Positions 47,819 to 59,164 are shown, counted from the first letter of the stretch. The stretch: 64,000 bases of DNA from an uncultured Eubacteriales bacterium (GCA_964646425.1 CAZYEI010000001.1:4731-68730); one strand, 5' to 3'. Program-made: numbers and translations. The notes: generated from the sequence alone by a model not told the origin.

Positions 47819-49831
47819 TTAAGCTTCTTGTGCTATCTTTTTATTAAGATATTCTTTACTTCTAATTAAAATATTATGATTTTCAGCTTCATTTATACGA
47901 TAAATGATTGATTGTGCATCTTTTTGAGCAATATCAAGTATCTTAATATCATCCACTAATGAAGCAAACATCATTGTCGGTAAACCACTTTGTTTTAAGC
48001 CTAAAATTTGACCAGGTCCTCTAAACGATAAATCAAAACGTGCGATTTCAAAACCATCATTACAATTTTCTAGATATTGTAATCTTTTTAAAGTGTCTTC
48101 TTCTTTTTTCGTTGTCAATAAATAACATTTAGCTTGACTTCCATCTCTACCAATTCTTCCTCTTAGTTGGTGAATTTGTGCTAGTCCAAAATTTTCAGAA
48201 TCATAGATAATCATCATAGTTGCGCTTTTAACATCAACCCCTACTTCAACAACTGTAGTAGAAATTAGTATTTGATATTTACCATTTGCAAAATCTGTCA
48301 TTACGTTTAATTTTTCTTCATCGTTCATTTTTCCATGAAGAAGACCTACATTAGCAAATTGTTTTACATATTCTTTTAACCCATTATAAACATCTGTGAC
48401 ATTTCTTCTTAACTCATTATCTCCTTCAATCATACTACAAATTATATAAACACTTTTTCCACTTAAAACTGCTTTTCTTATTTCTGGAATTAGTGAAATA
48501 ATTGTATTAGATTGAATGACTTTTGTTTCAACCTTCCTTTTTCCAGATGGGAAGCATTGAAGGGTTGAAACATCCATATCACCATACAATGAAATCGCTA
48601 AAGTTCTAGGAATTGGTGTAGCACTCATTGATAACAAATCAACAAATTCACCTTTTTCTTTCAACATTCTTCTTTGTTGCACTCCAAAACGATGTTGCTC
48701 ATCAATAACAATTAAGCCTAACTTAGCAAATTGAACACTCTCTTGAATTAAAGCATGAGTTCCTACAACAATATCTATTTTATGCTCTTTTAAATCTAAA
48801 TATATTTTTTCCTTTTCTTTTAAAGATAAACTTCCTACAAGTAATGATACTTTGAATTCTTTAGGAGCCATTTTCTTTAGTAAATTAAAATGCTGTCTTG
48901 CTAAAATATCGGTAGGAGCCATTAAGACACTTTGATATGAAGCAAAAGAAGTTGCAATCAAAGCCGTCATTGCCACAAGTGTTTTACCAGTACCAACATC
49001 TCCTTGCAATAAACGATACATTACTTTTTCACTATTTAAATCATTTAAAATATCTTTAATACAATTACTTTGATCTATCGTAGGTTTAAATTCTAAAGAA
49101 TTTAACCAATCATTAACTTTATTTATTGGAATATTTTTATTTACTTTTTTTTCTTTTAAACTATTAGAATTTTTTTGCAATTGCATAGCTAAAGAAAACA
49201 CCAATAATTCTTCATATTTTAAATAACGTAATGCTTGTTTGATATCATCTCGTGAAGAAGGAAAATGTACAAAAAAATAAGCCATTCTTCTTGAAATTAA
49301 ATGGTATTTTTCTCGAAATGACTCTGGAACTATTTCTTCAAAAAAGCCTTTTTTATCTAAATAAATATAAGTTTTATTAACTAAATTTGCAAATTCTTTA
49401 TTTTTAACATCTTGAGGTAATGAATATAAAGGTTTTATCACTCCGTCTTTTTCAATATTAAGCAATAAATCTTGTACTATGATTTCTTTTTTATAATAAT
49501 TATATTTTCCTTTAATTAATATTTCTTTACCTATGGACAAATTTTTGTAGTAAAAAGTTCTATTAAATACAATGCAATTATATTCTTCTTCATTGTACAA
49601 AACTTTAAAAGAAAATCTCGTTAAATTTCCTCTTATTCTCACAAATGCCGATTTTGCCACTATCATACCTTTAAAACAGACTAAATTATTATTCATTTCA
49701 ATATTTAAAGAAGTAATAGTCATATCCTCATAGCGATATGGCAAATAAGAAATAATTTCTTCACAAGAATTAATATTTAGTTTATTAAGATATTCTTTTC
49801 TTTTATTTGTTAATTTAAAATCTTTATCCAT
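47819..49831 (-). CDS. recG: ATP-dependent DNA helicase RecG
   Basis: The SF2 helicase motifs GDVGTGKT and DEQHRFG are present, with a wedge domain N-terminus. The product is 670 aa. Confidence 0.9.
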   Translation of the reverse strand: MDKDFKLTNKRKEYLNKLNINSCEEIISYLPYRYEDMTITSLNIEMNNNLVCFKGMIVAKSAFVRIRGNLTRFSFKVLYNEEEYNCIVFNRTFYYKNLSIGKEILIKGKYNYYKKEIIVQDLLLNIEKDGVIKPLYSLPQDVKNKEFANLVNKTYIYLDKKGFFEEIVPESFREKYHLISRRMAYFFVHFPSSRDDIKQALRYLKYEELLVFSLAMQLQKNSNSLKEKKVNKNIPINKVNDWLNSLEFKPTIDQSNCIKDILNDLNSEKVMYRLLQGDVGTGKTLVAMTALIATSFASYQSVLMAPTDILARQHFNLLKKMAPKEFKVSLLVGSLSLKEKEKIYLDLKEHKIDIVVGTHALIQESVQFAKLGLIVIDEQHRFGVQQRRMLKEKGEFVDLLSMSATPIPRTLAISLYGDMDVSTLQCFPSGKRKVETKVIQSNTIISLIPEIRKAVLSGKSVYIICSMIEGDNELRRNVTDVYNGLKEYVKQFANVGLLHGKMNDEEKLNVMTDFANGKYQILISTTVVEVGVDVKSATMMIIYDSENFGLAQIHQLRGRIGRDGSQAKCYLLTTKKEEDTLKRLQYLENCNDGFEIARFDLSFRGPGQILGLKQSGLPTMMFASLVDDIKILDIAQKDAQSIIYRINEAENHNILIRSKEYLNKKIAQEA

Positions 49832-49907
49832 ACAATATTACCTCATAATAATTATACAAAAAAAATATTAAAATATAAAGAAAAAAGGAGGTAATACCTC
49901 CTTAAAT

Positions 49908-51539
49908 TTATTCGACACTTAAATAATAAGAATATACTGGTTGTCCCCCAAAATGAACTTCAACATCAATTGGATAATTATTTGAAACATAATTTGCTAA
50001 TGCTTCAGCTTCTTCTTTGGTAGCTCCTTCACCATAAATAATAGTGGCAATCGCAGAATCTTCATCAATCATTCTTGCTAATAAATCTTTAGCGACTGTT
50101 GTTCTATCTTTATGAGCACAAATAATTTTCTTTTCCATAATTCCCATAAAATCATCTTGATTAATTTCAACTCCATCAATAACAGTTGATTTAATTGAAA
50201 AAGTAATTTGACCTGATTTAACCATATGTAAAGCTTCTTTCATCTCTTCTACATTTGATTCAAAATCAGCCTCAGGATTGAACATCATACACGCAGTTAG
50301 TCCTTGAGAAATTGTTTTTGAAGGAATTACACAACAATTTTCGCACTCTGCAACTTCGCAAGCTTGCGTAGCAGCCATTACTATATTTGAGTTATTCGGT
50401 AATATAAAAATATTTTTAGCATTAGTTTCCTTAATTGCTTTAACAAAATCTTCTGTTGAAGGATTCATAGTTTGACCACCACTCACAATAGTAGTAACTC
50501 TTAAATCTTTAAACATTTTGTCTAGTCCATCACCAACGGAAACAGCAATAATTGCATTTTCAACCTTAGGCTTATCTGGCGCTTTATTTTGTTCAATCAA
50601 ATTATTATGCTGTTCTTGCATGTTTTCTATTTTCAATGTCACAAATTCACCAAAAGATTGAGCATAATTTAAAACTGCTCCAGGCTTTAAAGTATGTACA
50701 TGAACTTTTACAATATCTTCATCACGAACAACAACAGCAGATACACCAAATTTTTGAATCATATCAGAAAAATTCTTTTTAATAAAAGTCTTTTTTCCTT
50801 CGCCTTCTTTTCCCAAACGTAAAATAAACTCTGTACAATATCCATACGCTTCTTCATCATCGCTATTGTCAATTTTAGCACCGACAGCTTCCACATGAAC
50901 TTGTGAAATTTCTTTTCTAGGAACAACTTGATTTTTTAATCCAAATAAAAATCCCTCTAAAACATAAAGTAATCCAGCACCGCCAGAATCAACTACACCA
51001 ACATCTTTTAATACAGGTAATAAATCAGGAGTTCTTTTTAATGAAGCTTTTGCTTCTTTTAATAAAAATTCCATTGCAGCTTCAATTGTTTGAAATTCAT
51101 CAACATGATGTTTTAAAGCAGTACTGCTTTCTCTTATAACCGTCAATACAGTTCCTTCAACAGGACGCATTACAGCTTTATAAGCAACTTCTCTTGCTTT
51201 ATCCCATGCCTCGGTAAATTCGATAACATTAACTTCAGCTTTTCCTTCCATTCCTTGAGCAAATCCCCTAAAGATTTGAGACAAAATAACACCAGAATTT
51301 CCTCTTGCCCCCATCAATAATCCTTTAGAAAAAGCTCTTGCAATTTCATAAATATTTGCATTAGATATATTCATAACTTCTTTTGAGCCAGAAGTTATTG
51401 TTAAATTCATATTTGTACCTGTATCACCATCAGGAACTGGAAACACATTTAATGCATCCACTTCAGGATAATGATTAAATAGGTTATTCGCACCTGAAAT
51501 AATCATTTGCTTCAGGATATGACCATTTATAGTTTTCAT
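49908..51539 (-). CDS. DAK2-domain fusion protein (YloV-like)
   Basis: A Dak2 phosphatase-like N-terminus (DGDTGTNM) is followed by a DegV-like C-terminal half. The product is 543 aa. It lies downstream of the Asp23 gene, as yloU-yloV do in Firmicutes. Confidence 0.8.
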   Translation of the reverse strand: MKTINGHILKQMIISGANNLFNHYPEVDALNVFPVPDGDTGTNMNLTITSGSKEVMNISNANIYEIARAFSKGLLMGARGNSGVILSQIFRGFAQGMEGKAEVNVIEFTEAWDKAREVAYKAVMRPVEGTVLTVIRESSTALKHHVDEFQTIEAAMEFLLKEAKASLKRTPDLLPVLKDVGVVDSGGAGLLYVLEGFLFGLKNQVVPRKEISQVHVEAVGAKIDNSDDEEAYGYCTEFILRLGKEGEGKKTFIKKNFSDMIQKFGVSAVVVRDEDIVKVHVHTLKPGAVLNYAQSFGEFVTLKIENMQEQHNNLIEQNKAPDKPKVENAIIAVSVGDGLDKMFKDLRVTTIVSGGQTMNPSTEDFVKAIKETNAKNIFILPNNSNIVMAATQACEVAECENCCVIPSKTISQGLTACMMFNPEADFESNVEEMKEALHMVKSGQITFSIKSTVIDGVEINQDDFMGIMEKKIICAHKDRTTVAKDLLARMIDEDSAIATIIYGEGATKEEAEALANYVSNNYPIDVEVHFGGQPVYSYYLSVE

Positions 51540-51571
51540 TTTATACCTCCGAGTTTTGCAGGTTCATTTTT

Positions 51572-51925
51572 TTATAAATTTTTTATATTTTGAACATAAA
51601 CATTAATTGTATTAAATTTTCTATTTAATGTTTTTTCTAAAACATATTTAACTTTCTTTTGAACTTCGGAAACCACTTCAGTAATACGCACACCATAGCT
51701 AACAACAATATACATATCAATTTCAATTCCATGATTTCTCTTTTTAGCGAAAACTCCACGGCTATAATTATCTTTACCAAGAAGTTCGGCGATACCATCT
51801 CGAATAGTATTTTTTGAAGCCATACCAACCACACCATAACATTCTAATGCAGCATTTGCAGTAATTGTTGCAATCGCATTCATTGTTACATTTGTATTGC
51901 CTTGCATAGCATTGTTATTCATCAA
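51572..51925 (-). CDS. Asp23/Gls24-family (alkaline shock protein-like, YloU-like) protein
   Basis: The 117-aa product shows the Asp23 family pattern (ECYGVVGMAS...GVRITEV). Confidence 0.75.
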   Translation of the reverse strand: MMNNNAMQGNTNVTMNAIATITANAALECYGVVGMASKNTIRDGIAELLGKDNYSRGVFAKKRNHGIEIDMYIVVSYGVRITEVVSEVQKKVKYVLEKTLNRKFNTINVYVQNIKNL

Positions 51926-52143
51926 ACAGCATCTCCTTTCGCCCTAACTATTATATAGAAAAAATTATTTTTTTCAAGTGTTATTTATTTTTAGCCTGCT
52001 TTTCTACTAAAACGCCATAACAACACGCATATATTTTAGCACACTTTTTATAAAAATGCTATAAATATATTTTCTTCTTATTTTATTTAAAATAAAAAGA
52101 CACATTTTTACTAAAAAGTTAGTTAAATGTATCCTTTTAAAAA

Positions 52144-54036
52144 CTATGTATTTAATCCTTTAAATTGTGTATCATATAATTTTTTATAAACACCTTTTAT
52201 ACTTAAAAGTTCATTATGATTACCTTGCTCAACAACACGACCTTTATCTAAAACAACAATTAAATCTGCATCTTGAATTGTTGATAATCTATGGGCAATA
52301 ATTATTGATGTACGATTCTTCATTAGTTTTACCATCGCATCTTGGATTCTTTTTTCAGTTCTTGTATCGACGCTTGAGGTTGCTTCATCAAGAATTAATA
52401 TCTTAGGATTAGCTAAAACAGCTCTTGCAATGGTCAATAATTGACGTTGACCTTGACTTATATTCGTTGCCCCTTCAGTTAGCATCGTTTTCTTTCCATT
52501 TGGAAGTTTATTAATAAAAGAATCACAATTAGCAAATTTTAACGCTTCATCAATCTCGATATCACTAGCATTACTTCTACCATACTTAATATTATTTTCT
52601 ATTGTATCCCCAAATAAAATCGGATCTTGAAGTACTATTGAAATCGCCTCTCTTAACTGTCTTTTAGAAACTTTAGAAATATCTTTACCATCAATTTTTA
52701 TTACTCCAGAATCAACATCATAAAATCTTAATAATAAATTAACAATTGTTGTTTTACCAGAACCAGTCGCTCCAACAAAAGCTATTTTATGTCCAGGTTT
52801 TATATAAAGATTTAAATTTTTAATCACCGGTACATCTTTAGAATAACCAAAATTGACATCTTCAAAATCAATTCTTCCAATAATCTTTTCATTATTTAAT
52901 TCATCACCATCAAATTTTTCAATATCTTCATCTAAAATATCAAAAATTCTTTCAGCACACGCTAATGCAGTTACAATTGAAGTATATAAATTAGCAATTT
53001 CATTTATTGGACGAGTAAATTGTTTAGTAGTAGTTAAAAACATAATTACAATAGGAATTGTTAAAGGATTGCCATTAAGAGTATTTCCGATTCCATTAAC
53101 AATAAATAATGCTCCGAATATACAAACTAAGAAATAACCTATATTTCCAATAAAATTCATTATAGGTCCCATCGCACCACCAAGAATTTGTGCATTAATT
53201 GCTGTTTTGGTAAATTGGTTAGAATACTCATTAAATTCATTGATTGCTTCTTTTTGTCGATTATTTGTAATAACAGTTTTATAGCCCGTAACCATTTCTT
53301 CAGTTTGCGTATTTAATTTTCCAAGAATTGTCTGTTGCTTTTTAAACAAAGGACTAACATGTTTTGACATAAATCGTGTAAATAATAAAGTTAAAACTAA
53401 AACAATTAACGAAACACAAGTTAATAACGGAGAATACCAAATCATGATACCTAAGCACCCTAAAATAGTTAATATACCTGAGATTAAGGAAGTAATCGAT
53501 GAAGAAATAGCACTAGAAACACTATCAACATCATTTGTCATACGGGACATTATGTCACCATATTGATTTTTATCCAAATAAGAAACTGGCAAATAAACTA
53601 TTTTAGCGAATAAATCATCACGCATTTTTCTTACAGTTTTATTTGCTATATAAGTTCCTAATAGAGAAGAAAAATATTGAAGAATCGAGTAAATAATATA
53701 AGTAATTAATAAGATAATTAGATATGAAAAAAACTTTTCCTCATTTGGTAATTCTGTAAAAACTTTATTCTCATAATCATAAATTCCTAAAGCTCCCACA
53801 ACATCTTTGATTAAAATATTTGTATATAAATTAGCTAAAGTATAAAATATCACAATAATTATTAATGAAATAAACAACAAATTCGAACTAGTTACATATC
53901 CTAATAATCTCTTAATTGCTTTTTTAGTATTTTGTGGTTTTTCTTTGTGCTTTGCAAATCTTGAAGCAGGACCACCAGGTCTTCCCATCATTCTTTTTTC
54001 TTGCATTTGGCTACGTTCATTTTTAGGCTCATTCAT
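52144..54036 (-). CDS. ABC exporter, fused permease/ATPase (heterodimeric multidrug-type, subunit B)
   Basis: A 6-TM domain is followed by Walker A GATGSGKTT, the signature LSQGQRQ and Walker B ILILDEATS. Confidence 0.85.
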   Translation of the reverse strand: MNEPKNERSQMQEKRMMGRPGGPASRFAKHKEKPQNTKKAIKRLLGYVTSSNLLFISLIIIVIFYTLANLYTNILIKDVVGALGIYDYENKVFTELPNEEKFFSYLIILLITYIIYSILQYFSSLLGTYIANKTVRKMRDDLFAKIVYLPVSYLDKNQYGDIMSRMTNDVDSVSSAISSSITSLISGILTILGCLGIMIWYSPLLTCVSLIVLVLTLLFTRFMSKHVSPLFKKQQTILGKLNTQTEEMVTGYKTVITNNRQKEAINEFNEYSNQFTKTAINAQILGGAMGPIMNFIGNIGYFLVCIFGALFIVNGIGNTLNGNPLTIPIVIMFLTTTKQFTRPINEIANLYTSIVTALACAERIFDILDEDIEKFDGDELNNEKIIGRIDFEDVNFGYSKDVPVIKNLNLYIKPGHKIAFVGATGSGKTTIVNLLLRFYDVDSGVIKIDGKDISKVSKRQLREAISIVLQDPILFGDTIENNIKYGRSNASDIEIDEALKFANCDSFINKLPNGKKTMLTEGATNISQGQRQLLTIARAVLANPKILILDEATSSVDTRTEKRIQDAMVKLMKNRTSIIIAHRLSTIQDADLIVVLDKGRVVEQGNHNELLSIKGVYKKLYDTQFKGLNT

Positions 54037-54037
54037 T

Positions 54038-55780
54038 TTATTTATCCTCCTTTAATTGAGATAAATAGATATCACGATAAACATTTGACTTTTGCATAAG
54101 TTCTTCATGACTACCAATTGATTCAATTTGCCCATTATCTAGCACCATAATTCTATCAGCGTTTTTAGCAGTAGCAATTCTTTGAGCAACAATTATTTTA
54201 GTTATATTAGGCATTTTTTCATTTAATTCTCGATATAAATTAGCTTCAGTCACCAAATCAAGAGCACTTGTCGAGTCATCGAAAATTAAAATTTCTGGTT
54301 TTCTTAAGATTGCTCTAGCAATTGATAGTCTTTGCTTTTGTCCCCCAGATAATGATGCGCCTTTTTCAGCAACAAATTCATCATATTTCAAATCTTTTTC
54401 AACAATAAAGTTATTAGCTTGAGCAATTTTAGCTGCTTTTATAATTTCTTCATTGCCAATATTTTCAACACCAAAAGCAATATTTTCTTTAATAGTACCT
54501 GCAAATAATTCTGATTTTTGTAAACAAATACCTACAATATTTCTTAAATCTTCTTTCTTATATTTTTTTACGTTAACATTATCAACCAACACTTCACCAT
54601 CAGTTGAATCATAAAATCTAACCAACAAATTAACCAATGTTGATTTACCACAACCAGTTGAACCGACAATTGCCAATGTTTCACCTGCGTTTATTTTAAA
54701 AGTAAGATTGTTCAAAACATTATTACTTGTCAAAGGATATTTAAAAGAAACATTTTTAAATTCTATAACTCCCTTTTCTTTTTTGTTACTTATATCAAAA
54801 TCACCATCTAATAATTCTGGAATAGTCTCTAATACTTCACTAATTCTAGAACTAGAAGCATATGCTTTAGCAATATTTGTAAACATCATTCCCAACATCA
54901 TAATTGACATACAAATCATAGAAATATATGTAACTGCTTGAGTGATTTGTCCGACAAGAATTTCAGGACCGACGATTGATTTAGCGCCATCAATTATTGC
55001 AGTTCCACCAATGTAGTAAATAATTATTTGAGCAAAATAAACAATCAAATTAAGTAATGGCATCAAAAAAGAGGTAATCTTTCCGACATATAAATTTTCA
55101 CCAGTATAATCATCATTTACCTTTTTAAATCTATGATATTCATAATCTTCTTTGCAAAAAGCCTTAACAACTCTAGCACCAGTTACATTTTCATGCATTA
55201 CGGTATTTACTCTATCTAACTTTTCCTGAATTTTTTTAAAAACAGGGAAAACAAGTTTCATAAAAATAATTAATAATATTATTTCAATTGGTAAAATAAT
55301 TAATAATATTATTCCAAATTTTTTAGTAATGGAAAGCGTAAAAATAATTCCAAGTATAAAGAAACTTAATGCTCTTACTAAGCCTCGCAAGCACATTGAA
55401 ATCATATTTTGAATTTGCGTAATATCATTGGTTACTCTCGTAACAAGTGAACCGGTCTTAAAATTATCTGCTTGATGACTAGATAAATTCATAATTTTAT
55501 CAAATACAGCTTTTCGCAAATCATTGCCAAATTTAAAACTTGCAATATTCGTAAAAACATTAGCAAGAATCCCTCCAATCACACCACATATCAAAATAAT
55601 TATCATTATTAGTCCATATTTAATGATATTATTAAAATTATTTGTTGAAATACCAAAATCAACAATTTTTTGCATATAAGAAGTTAAAAACATATCCATT
55701 GCAACTTCTACTATCATAAATAATGGGGCAAGAAGTGCAAAATACCAGTATTTTTTTAAATACTTTAATATCTTAATCAT
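54038..55780 (-). CDS. ABC exporter, fused permease/ATPase (subunit A)
   Basis: Walker A GSTGCGKST, the signature LSGGQKQR and Walker B ILIFDDSTSALD are present. It overlaps the marR stop. Confidence 0.85.
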   Translation of the reverse strand: MIKILKYLKKYWYFALLAPLFMIVEVAMDMFLTSYMQKIVDFGISTNNFNNIIKYGLIMIIILICGVIGGILANVFTNIASFKFGNDLRKAVFDKIMNLSSHQADNFKTGSLVTRVTNDITQIQNMISMCLRGLVRALSFFILGIIFTLSITKKFGIILLIILPIEIILLIIFMKLVFPVFKKIQEKLDRVNTVMHENVTGARVVKAFCKEDYEYHRFKKVNDDYTGENLYVGKITSFLMPLLNLIVYFAQIIIYYIGGTAIIDGAKSIVGPEILVGQITQAVTYISMICMSIMMLGMMFTNIAKAYASSSRISEVLETIPELLDGDFDISNKKEKGVIEFKNVSFKYPLTSNNVLNNLTFKINAGETLAIVGSTGCGKSTLVNLLVRFYDSTDGEVLVDNVNVKKYKKEDLRNIVGICLQKSELFAGTIKENIAFGVENIGNEEIIKAAKIAQANNFIVEKDLKYDEFVAEKGASLSGGQKQRLSIARAILRKPEILIFDDSTSALDLVTEANLYRELNEKMPNITKIIVAQRIATAKNADRIMVLDNGQIESIGSHEELMQKSNVYRDIYLSQLKEDK

Positions 55781-56219
55781 AATAGTCCCCCTTTAAAACT
55801 TCTATCATTTTATCCAGTATTACATTAAAAATTTGTAATTCTTCATCAGTGATTGCCGACTCCATTAAGCTATCAACTTCTTTAAAAAGTTTTTTAAATT
55901 TTTTACTTTGTTCTTCACCTTTATCAGTTAAAGATATTATTGTTTTTCGATTATCATTTAATGATTTTTTTCTAGCAATTAATTTATCATTTTCTAAATT
56001 AGATAAAGTAATGGAAATTGTTGAAGCCTTCATTTTCAAAAAATCACAAATATCTTTTTGAGTTATTTCCAAATTGCGATTTTTATCTAAAAATTTAATA
56101 ATTTGGAATTGTGTTACACTCATTCCACTTTTTATCACTTTGCTTTTAACTGTTTCTCCAAACAACTTTGAAACTTCTTTTATTCTGTATCCTATCGGTT
56201 CCATAGTTTCTCCTTTCAT
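55773..56219 (-). CDS. MarR-family transcriptional regulator
   Basis: The 148-aa product has a winged helix-turn-helix (ITQKDICDFLKMKASTISITLSNLENDKLIARK). It is the first gene of the ABC-exporter operon. Confidence 0.85.
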   Translation of the reverse strand: MKGETMEPIGYRIKEVSKLFGETVKSKVIKSGMSVTQFQIIKFLDKNRNLEITQKDICDFLKMKASTISITLSNLENDKLIARKKSLNDNRKTIISLTDKGEEQSKKFKKLFKEVDSLMESAITDEELQIFNVILDKMIEVLKGDYYD

Positions 56220-56238
56220 ATCAATATAATTATATATT

Positions 56239-56252
56239 TAGTTTTAAAACTA
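56239..56252. promoter_or_regulatory. Perfect 14-bp palindrome TAGTTTTAAAACTA in the marR / divergent-gene intergenic region (candidate MarR operator)
   Basis: The 14-mer is self-complementary and lies about 20 nt upstream of the marR start codon. Confidence 0.35.
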
Positions 56253-56330
56253 ATCAACAATAAAATATATATTTTACTTTGCAAATCATCAAAATCATGC
56301 TAAAATTATAACGCTGGAGTGTGAAATATT

Positions 56331-57461
56331 ATGATAACAATTAAAGAAGTAGTTACAAAAAGCGATATAAAGAAATTCGTAAAATTTCCTTTGAAATTAT
56401 ACAAAGATAGCAAAAATTTTATTCCTCCTCTTACTGGAGATGAGATTAATAGTTTTAACCCAAAGAAAAATTATTCATATACTTATGGTGAAACAAAATT
56501 ATGGTTAGCATATAAAGATGGCGAAATTGTTGGACGTATTGCTGGTTTAATTAATTTTGCATATAATAAAAAAACTGAAAGCAATATTTTAAGATTTAAT
56601 CATTTTGATGTTATTGATGATATCGAAGTATCAAAAGCCCTATTTAACGAACTAGTTGCTTGGGGAAAAGAAAAGCAATGTACCGATATTATGGGACCAA
56701 TTGGTTTTAATGATTTTGATCATCAAGGATTTTTAATCGAAGGATATGATCAACCAGGAATGTTTATTACAATCTATAATCATCCATACTACATTGAACA
56801 TTTAGAACAACTTGGTTTTATCAAAAAAGTAGATTGGGTTGAATATAAAATTGGAGTTCCTAAGGAAATTGACCCTCGAATTGAAAAAGTATGTACATTC
56901 TTAGAAAAAAGAGGTATTAGATGTTTAAAACTTAAAAATAAAAAACACTTAATGCAATATATTTATAAAGCATTTGACACATATAATGATGCTTTTGCAC
57001 CATTATTTGGTACAGTTCGTTTGCCTAAAGAACAAATAGATCGCATTGTAAAACAATATTTACCTCTATTAGACTTGGATTTAGTATTTGTTGTAGTAAA
57101 TGATAAGGATGATGTAATAGCTTTTGGTGTATGTATGCCTAGTTTTGCTGAAGCATCTAAAAAAACTAATGGAAAATTATTCCCATTCGGATTCATACAT
57201 TTCTTAAAAGCAATTAAAAAATCAAAAATTATGGACATGTATTGGATTGCAGTACATCCTACTTATCAAAAATTAGGTGTTAATGCTCTTATTCTTGCAG
57301 AAGCAATTAAAGCTGCTAAAAAGAAAGGAATTGAATTTGCAGAAACAGGTCCAGAACTAGAAGAAAATTTTGCTGTTCGTTCACAATGGAACAATTTTGA
57401 TGCAGAATTAATTAGAAAACGTCGATGTTTTACAATAAATATTAATGAAGTAAAATTATAA
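56331..57461 (+). CDS. Hypothetical protein, possibly a GNAT-fold acyltransferase
   Basis: The 376-aa product, transcribed divergently from marR, has an FPLKLYKDSKNFIPPL-type N-terminus. I have no firm family assignment. Confidence 0.3.
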   Translation: MITIKEVVTKSDIKKFVKFPLKLYKDSKNFIPPLTGDEINSFNPKKNYSYTYGETKLWLAYKDGEIVGRIAGLINFAYNKKTESNILRFNHFDVIDDIEVSKALFNELVAWGKEKQCTDIMGPIGFNDFDHQGFLIEGYDQPGMFITIYNHPYYIEHLEQLGFIKKVDWVEYKIGVPKEIDPRIEKVCTFLEKRGIRCLKLKNKKHLMQYIYKAFDTYNDAFAPLFGTVRLPKEQIDRIVKQYLPLLDLDLVFVVVNDKDDVIAFGVCMPSFAEASKKTNGKLFPFGFIHFLKAIKKSKIMDMYWIAVHPTYQKLGVNALILAEAIKAAKKKGIEFAETGPELEENFAVRSQWNNFDAELIRKRRCFTININEVKL

Positions 57462-57572
57462 GGTTTGACATTTTTCTGAAATTAAACAAAAAAGTGTTGA
57501 AATTACTTATCTAATATGATAATATAAATAAGCATTTATGAACAAAACTTACTGTGAAGGGGGAAGAACAAG

Positions 57573-57758
57573 ATGTCAAGAGTATGTGTATTAACTAACA
57601 AAGGTCCTATGAGCGGAAATAAGCGTTCTCACTCATTAAGAGCTACTAGACGTAGCTGGGGCGTAAACTTACAAAAAGTTAAAGTTAACATTAATGGTAA
57701 AGTTACTACTATTAAAGTTTCAGCTAGAGCTCTAAGAACCCTTAAAAAAGCAGGTTAA
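57573..57758 (+). CDS. rpmB: 50S ribosomal protein L28
   Basis: [36 protein letters not shown]... is a canonical L28. Confidence 0.9.
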   Translation: MSRVCVLTNKGPMSGNKRSHSLRATRRSWGVNLQKVKVNINGKVTTIKVSARALRTLKKAG

Positions 57759-57770
57759 TTAATATTAAAA

Positions 57771-57797
57771 AAGAGGGAAATTCTCCCTCTTTTTATT
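57771..57797 (+). terminator. Intrinsic terminator after rpmB
   Basis: A hairpin AGAGGGA-aattc-TCCCTCT is followed by TTTTATTT. Confidence 0.6.
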
Positions 57798-57817
57798 TCC
57801 TAAAAAGGAGGTTAAAT

Positions 57818-59161
57818 ATGAATCATACTATTAGAAAAAACATTATTCAATTATTTTGGCCGATTTTTTTAGAAACATTACTTATGACACTTGCCGGAAG
57901 CGTTGACACTTGGATGATTTCTAATGTAAGTGACAATGCTGCAGGAGCAATTGGTACAAGTAACACCTTTATTGCTTTATTTGTAATTTCATTTAGTATA
58001 ATTAGCAGTGGTGTTATGGCTGTAATGACTCAATATATCGGTGCCAAAAAAGAAAGTGTTGCAGTTAGAGCATTTAAACTCGGATTAGTTCTTAATTTAA
58101 TACTTGGAATGGTTATTTCTTCTATTTTGTTTTTTTTCGCTGAGGATTTATTACATTTAATGAGTGTTAACAAAATTCAATTTAATGATGCTTTAACTTA
58201 TACTAAAATTATTGGAGCCACTGTCTTTTTAAACTCAATTACTCCAATATTCAGTTCTTATTTAAGAGCCTTCGGTAGAACATCACTTCCAATGATTTCA
58301 TCATTAGTTGCAAATTTATTAAATGTTGTTTTTAATGCAATTTGGATTTTTGGCTTATTTGGAGCTCCTAAATGGGGAGTAATGGGTGTTGCTTTGGCCA
58401 CGGTTATTTCAAAAATTTTTAATTTGGCACTAAATATATTATTTTCGATATTTCTAATTAAAACAAATAAAGATAAATATCAAATATCAAACATCAATAT
58501 TTTAAAACAAATTATCAAAATAGGTATGCCAGCTGCCCTTGAAACAACACTATATAATTTAGCAATGACATTAGTTTCTAAAATGATTAATTCAATGGAT
58601 AATGAGGGACTAAATAATACTGCAAGATCTTATGCACAAACCATTACAAATTTTTCTTATGTTGCTGGTGTTTCATTAGCACAAGCCAATGCTATAATGG
58701 TTGGCTGGGCAATTGGTGAAGAAAAGCAAGATGACGCTTATAAATTTACTTTAAATAGATTAAAATACGGACTAGTGATAAGTATAATTTGTTCAACAAT
58801 AATTGCACTTTCTTCTTCTTATATTCTTTCTTTATTTACTAAAAATCCTGAGATTATTAGATTATGTAAAATAATTTTATTTATTGATATAGTTTTGGAA
58901 TTAGGAAGAGTGACCAATTTAACAATTGGGCTTGCTCTAAAAACTTCTGGTGATGCATTATATATTGTAATAACAGGAATTATCTTTATGTTCATCTTTG
59001 GTGTTGGTCTTTCTTATATTTTTGGTATTTCACTAAAAATGATGGTAGTTGGTTGCTACATTGGGCTTGCCGCTGATGAATTGATGAGAGGGTTTTTAGC
59101 ACTTATTCGCTGGAAATCAAAAAAATGGACTACTAAGGGCTTAATAAAAAACCAAGCATAA
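57818..59161 (+). CDS. MATE-family efflux transporter
   Basis: The 447-aa product has 12 TM segments and a MATE-like N-terminal pattern (IFLETLLMTLAGSVDTWMIS). Confidence 0.8.
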   Translation: MNHTIRKNIIQLFWPIFLETLLMTLAGSVDTWMISNVSDNAAGAIGTSNTFIALFVISFSIISSGVMAVMTQYIGAKKESVAVRAFKLGLVLNLILGMVISSILFFFAEDLLHLMSVNKIQFNDALTYTKIIGATVFLNSITPIFSSYLRAFGRTSLPMISSLVANLLNVVFNAIWIFGLFGAPKWGVMGVALATVISKIFNLALNILFSIFLIKTNKDKYQISNINILKQIIKIGMPAALETTLYNLAMTLVSKMINSMDNEGLNNTARSYAQTITNFSYVAGVSLAQANAIMVGWAIGEEKQDDAYKFTLNRLKYGLVISIICSTIIALSSSYILSLFTKNPEIIRLCKIILFIDIVLELGRVTNLTIGLALKTSGDALYIVITGIIFMFIFGVGLSYIFGISLKMMVVGCYIGLAADELMRGFLALIRWKSKKWTTKGLIKNQA

Positions 59162-59164
59162 AAA

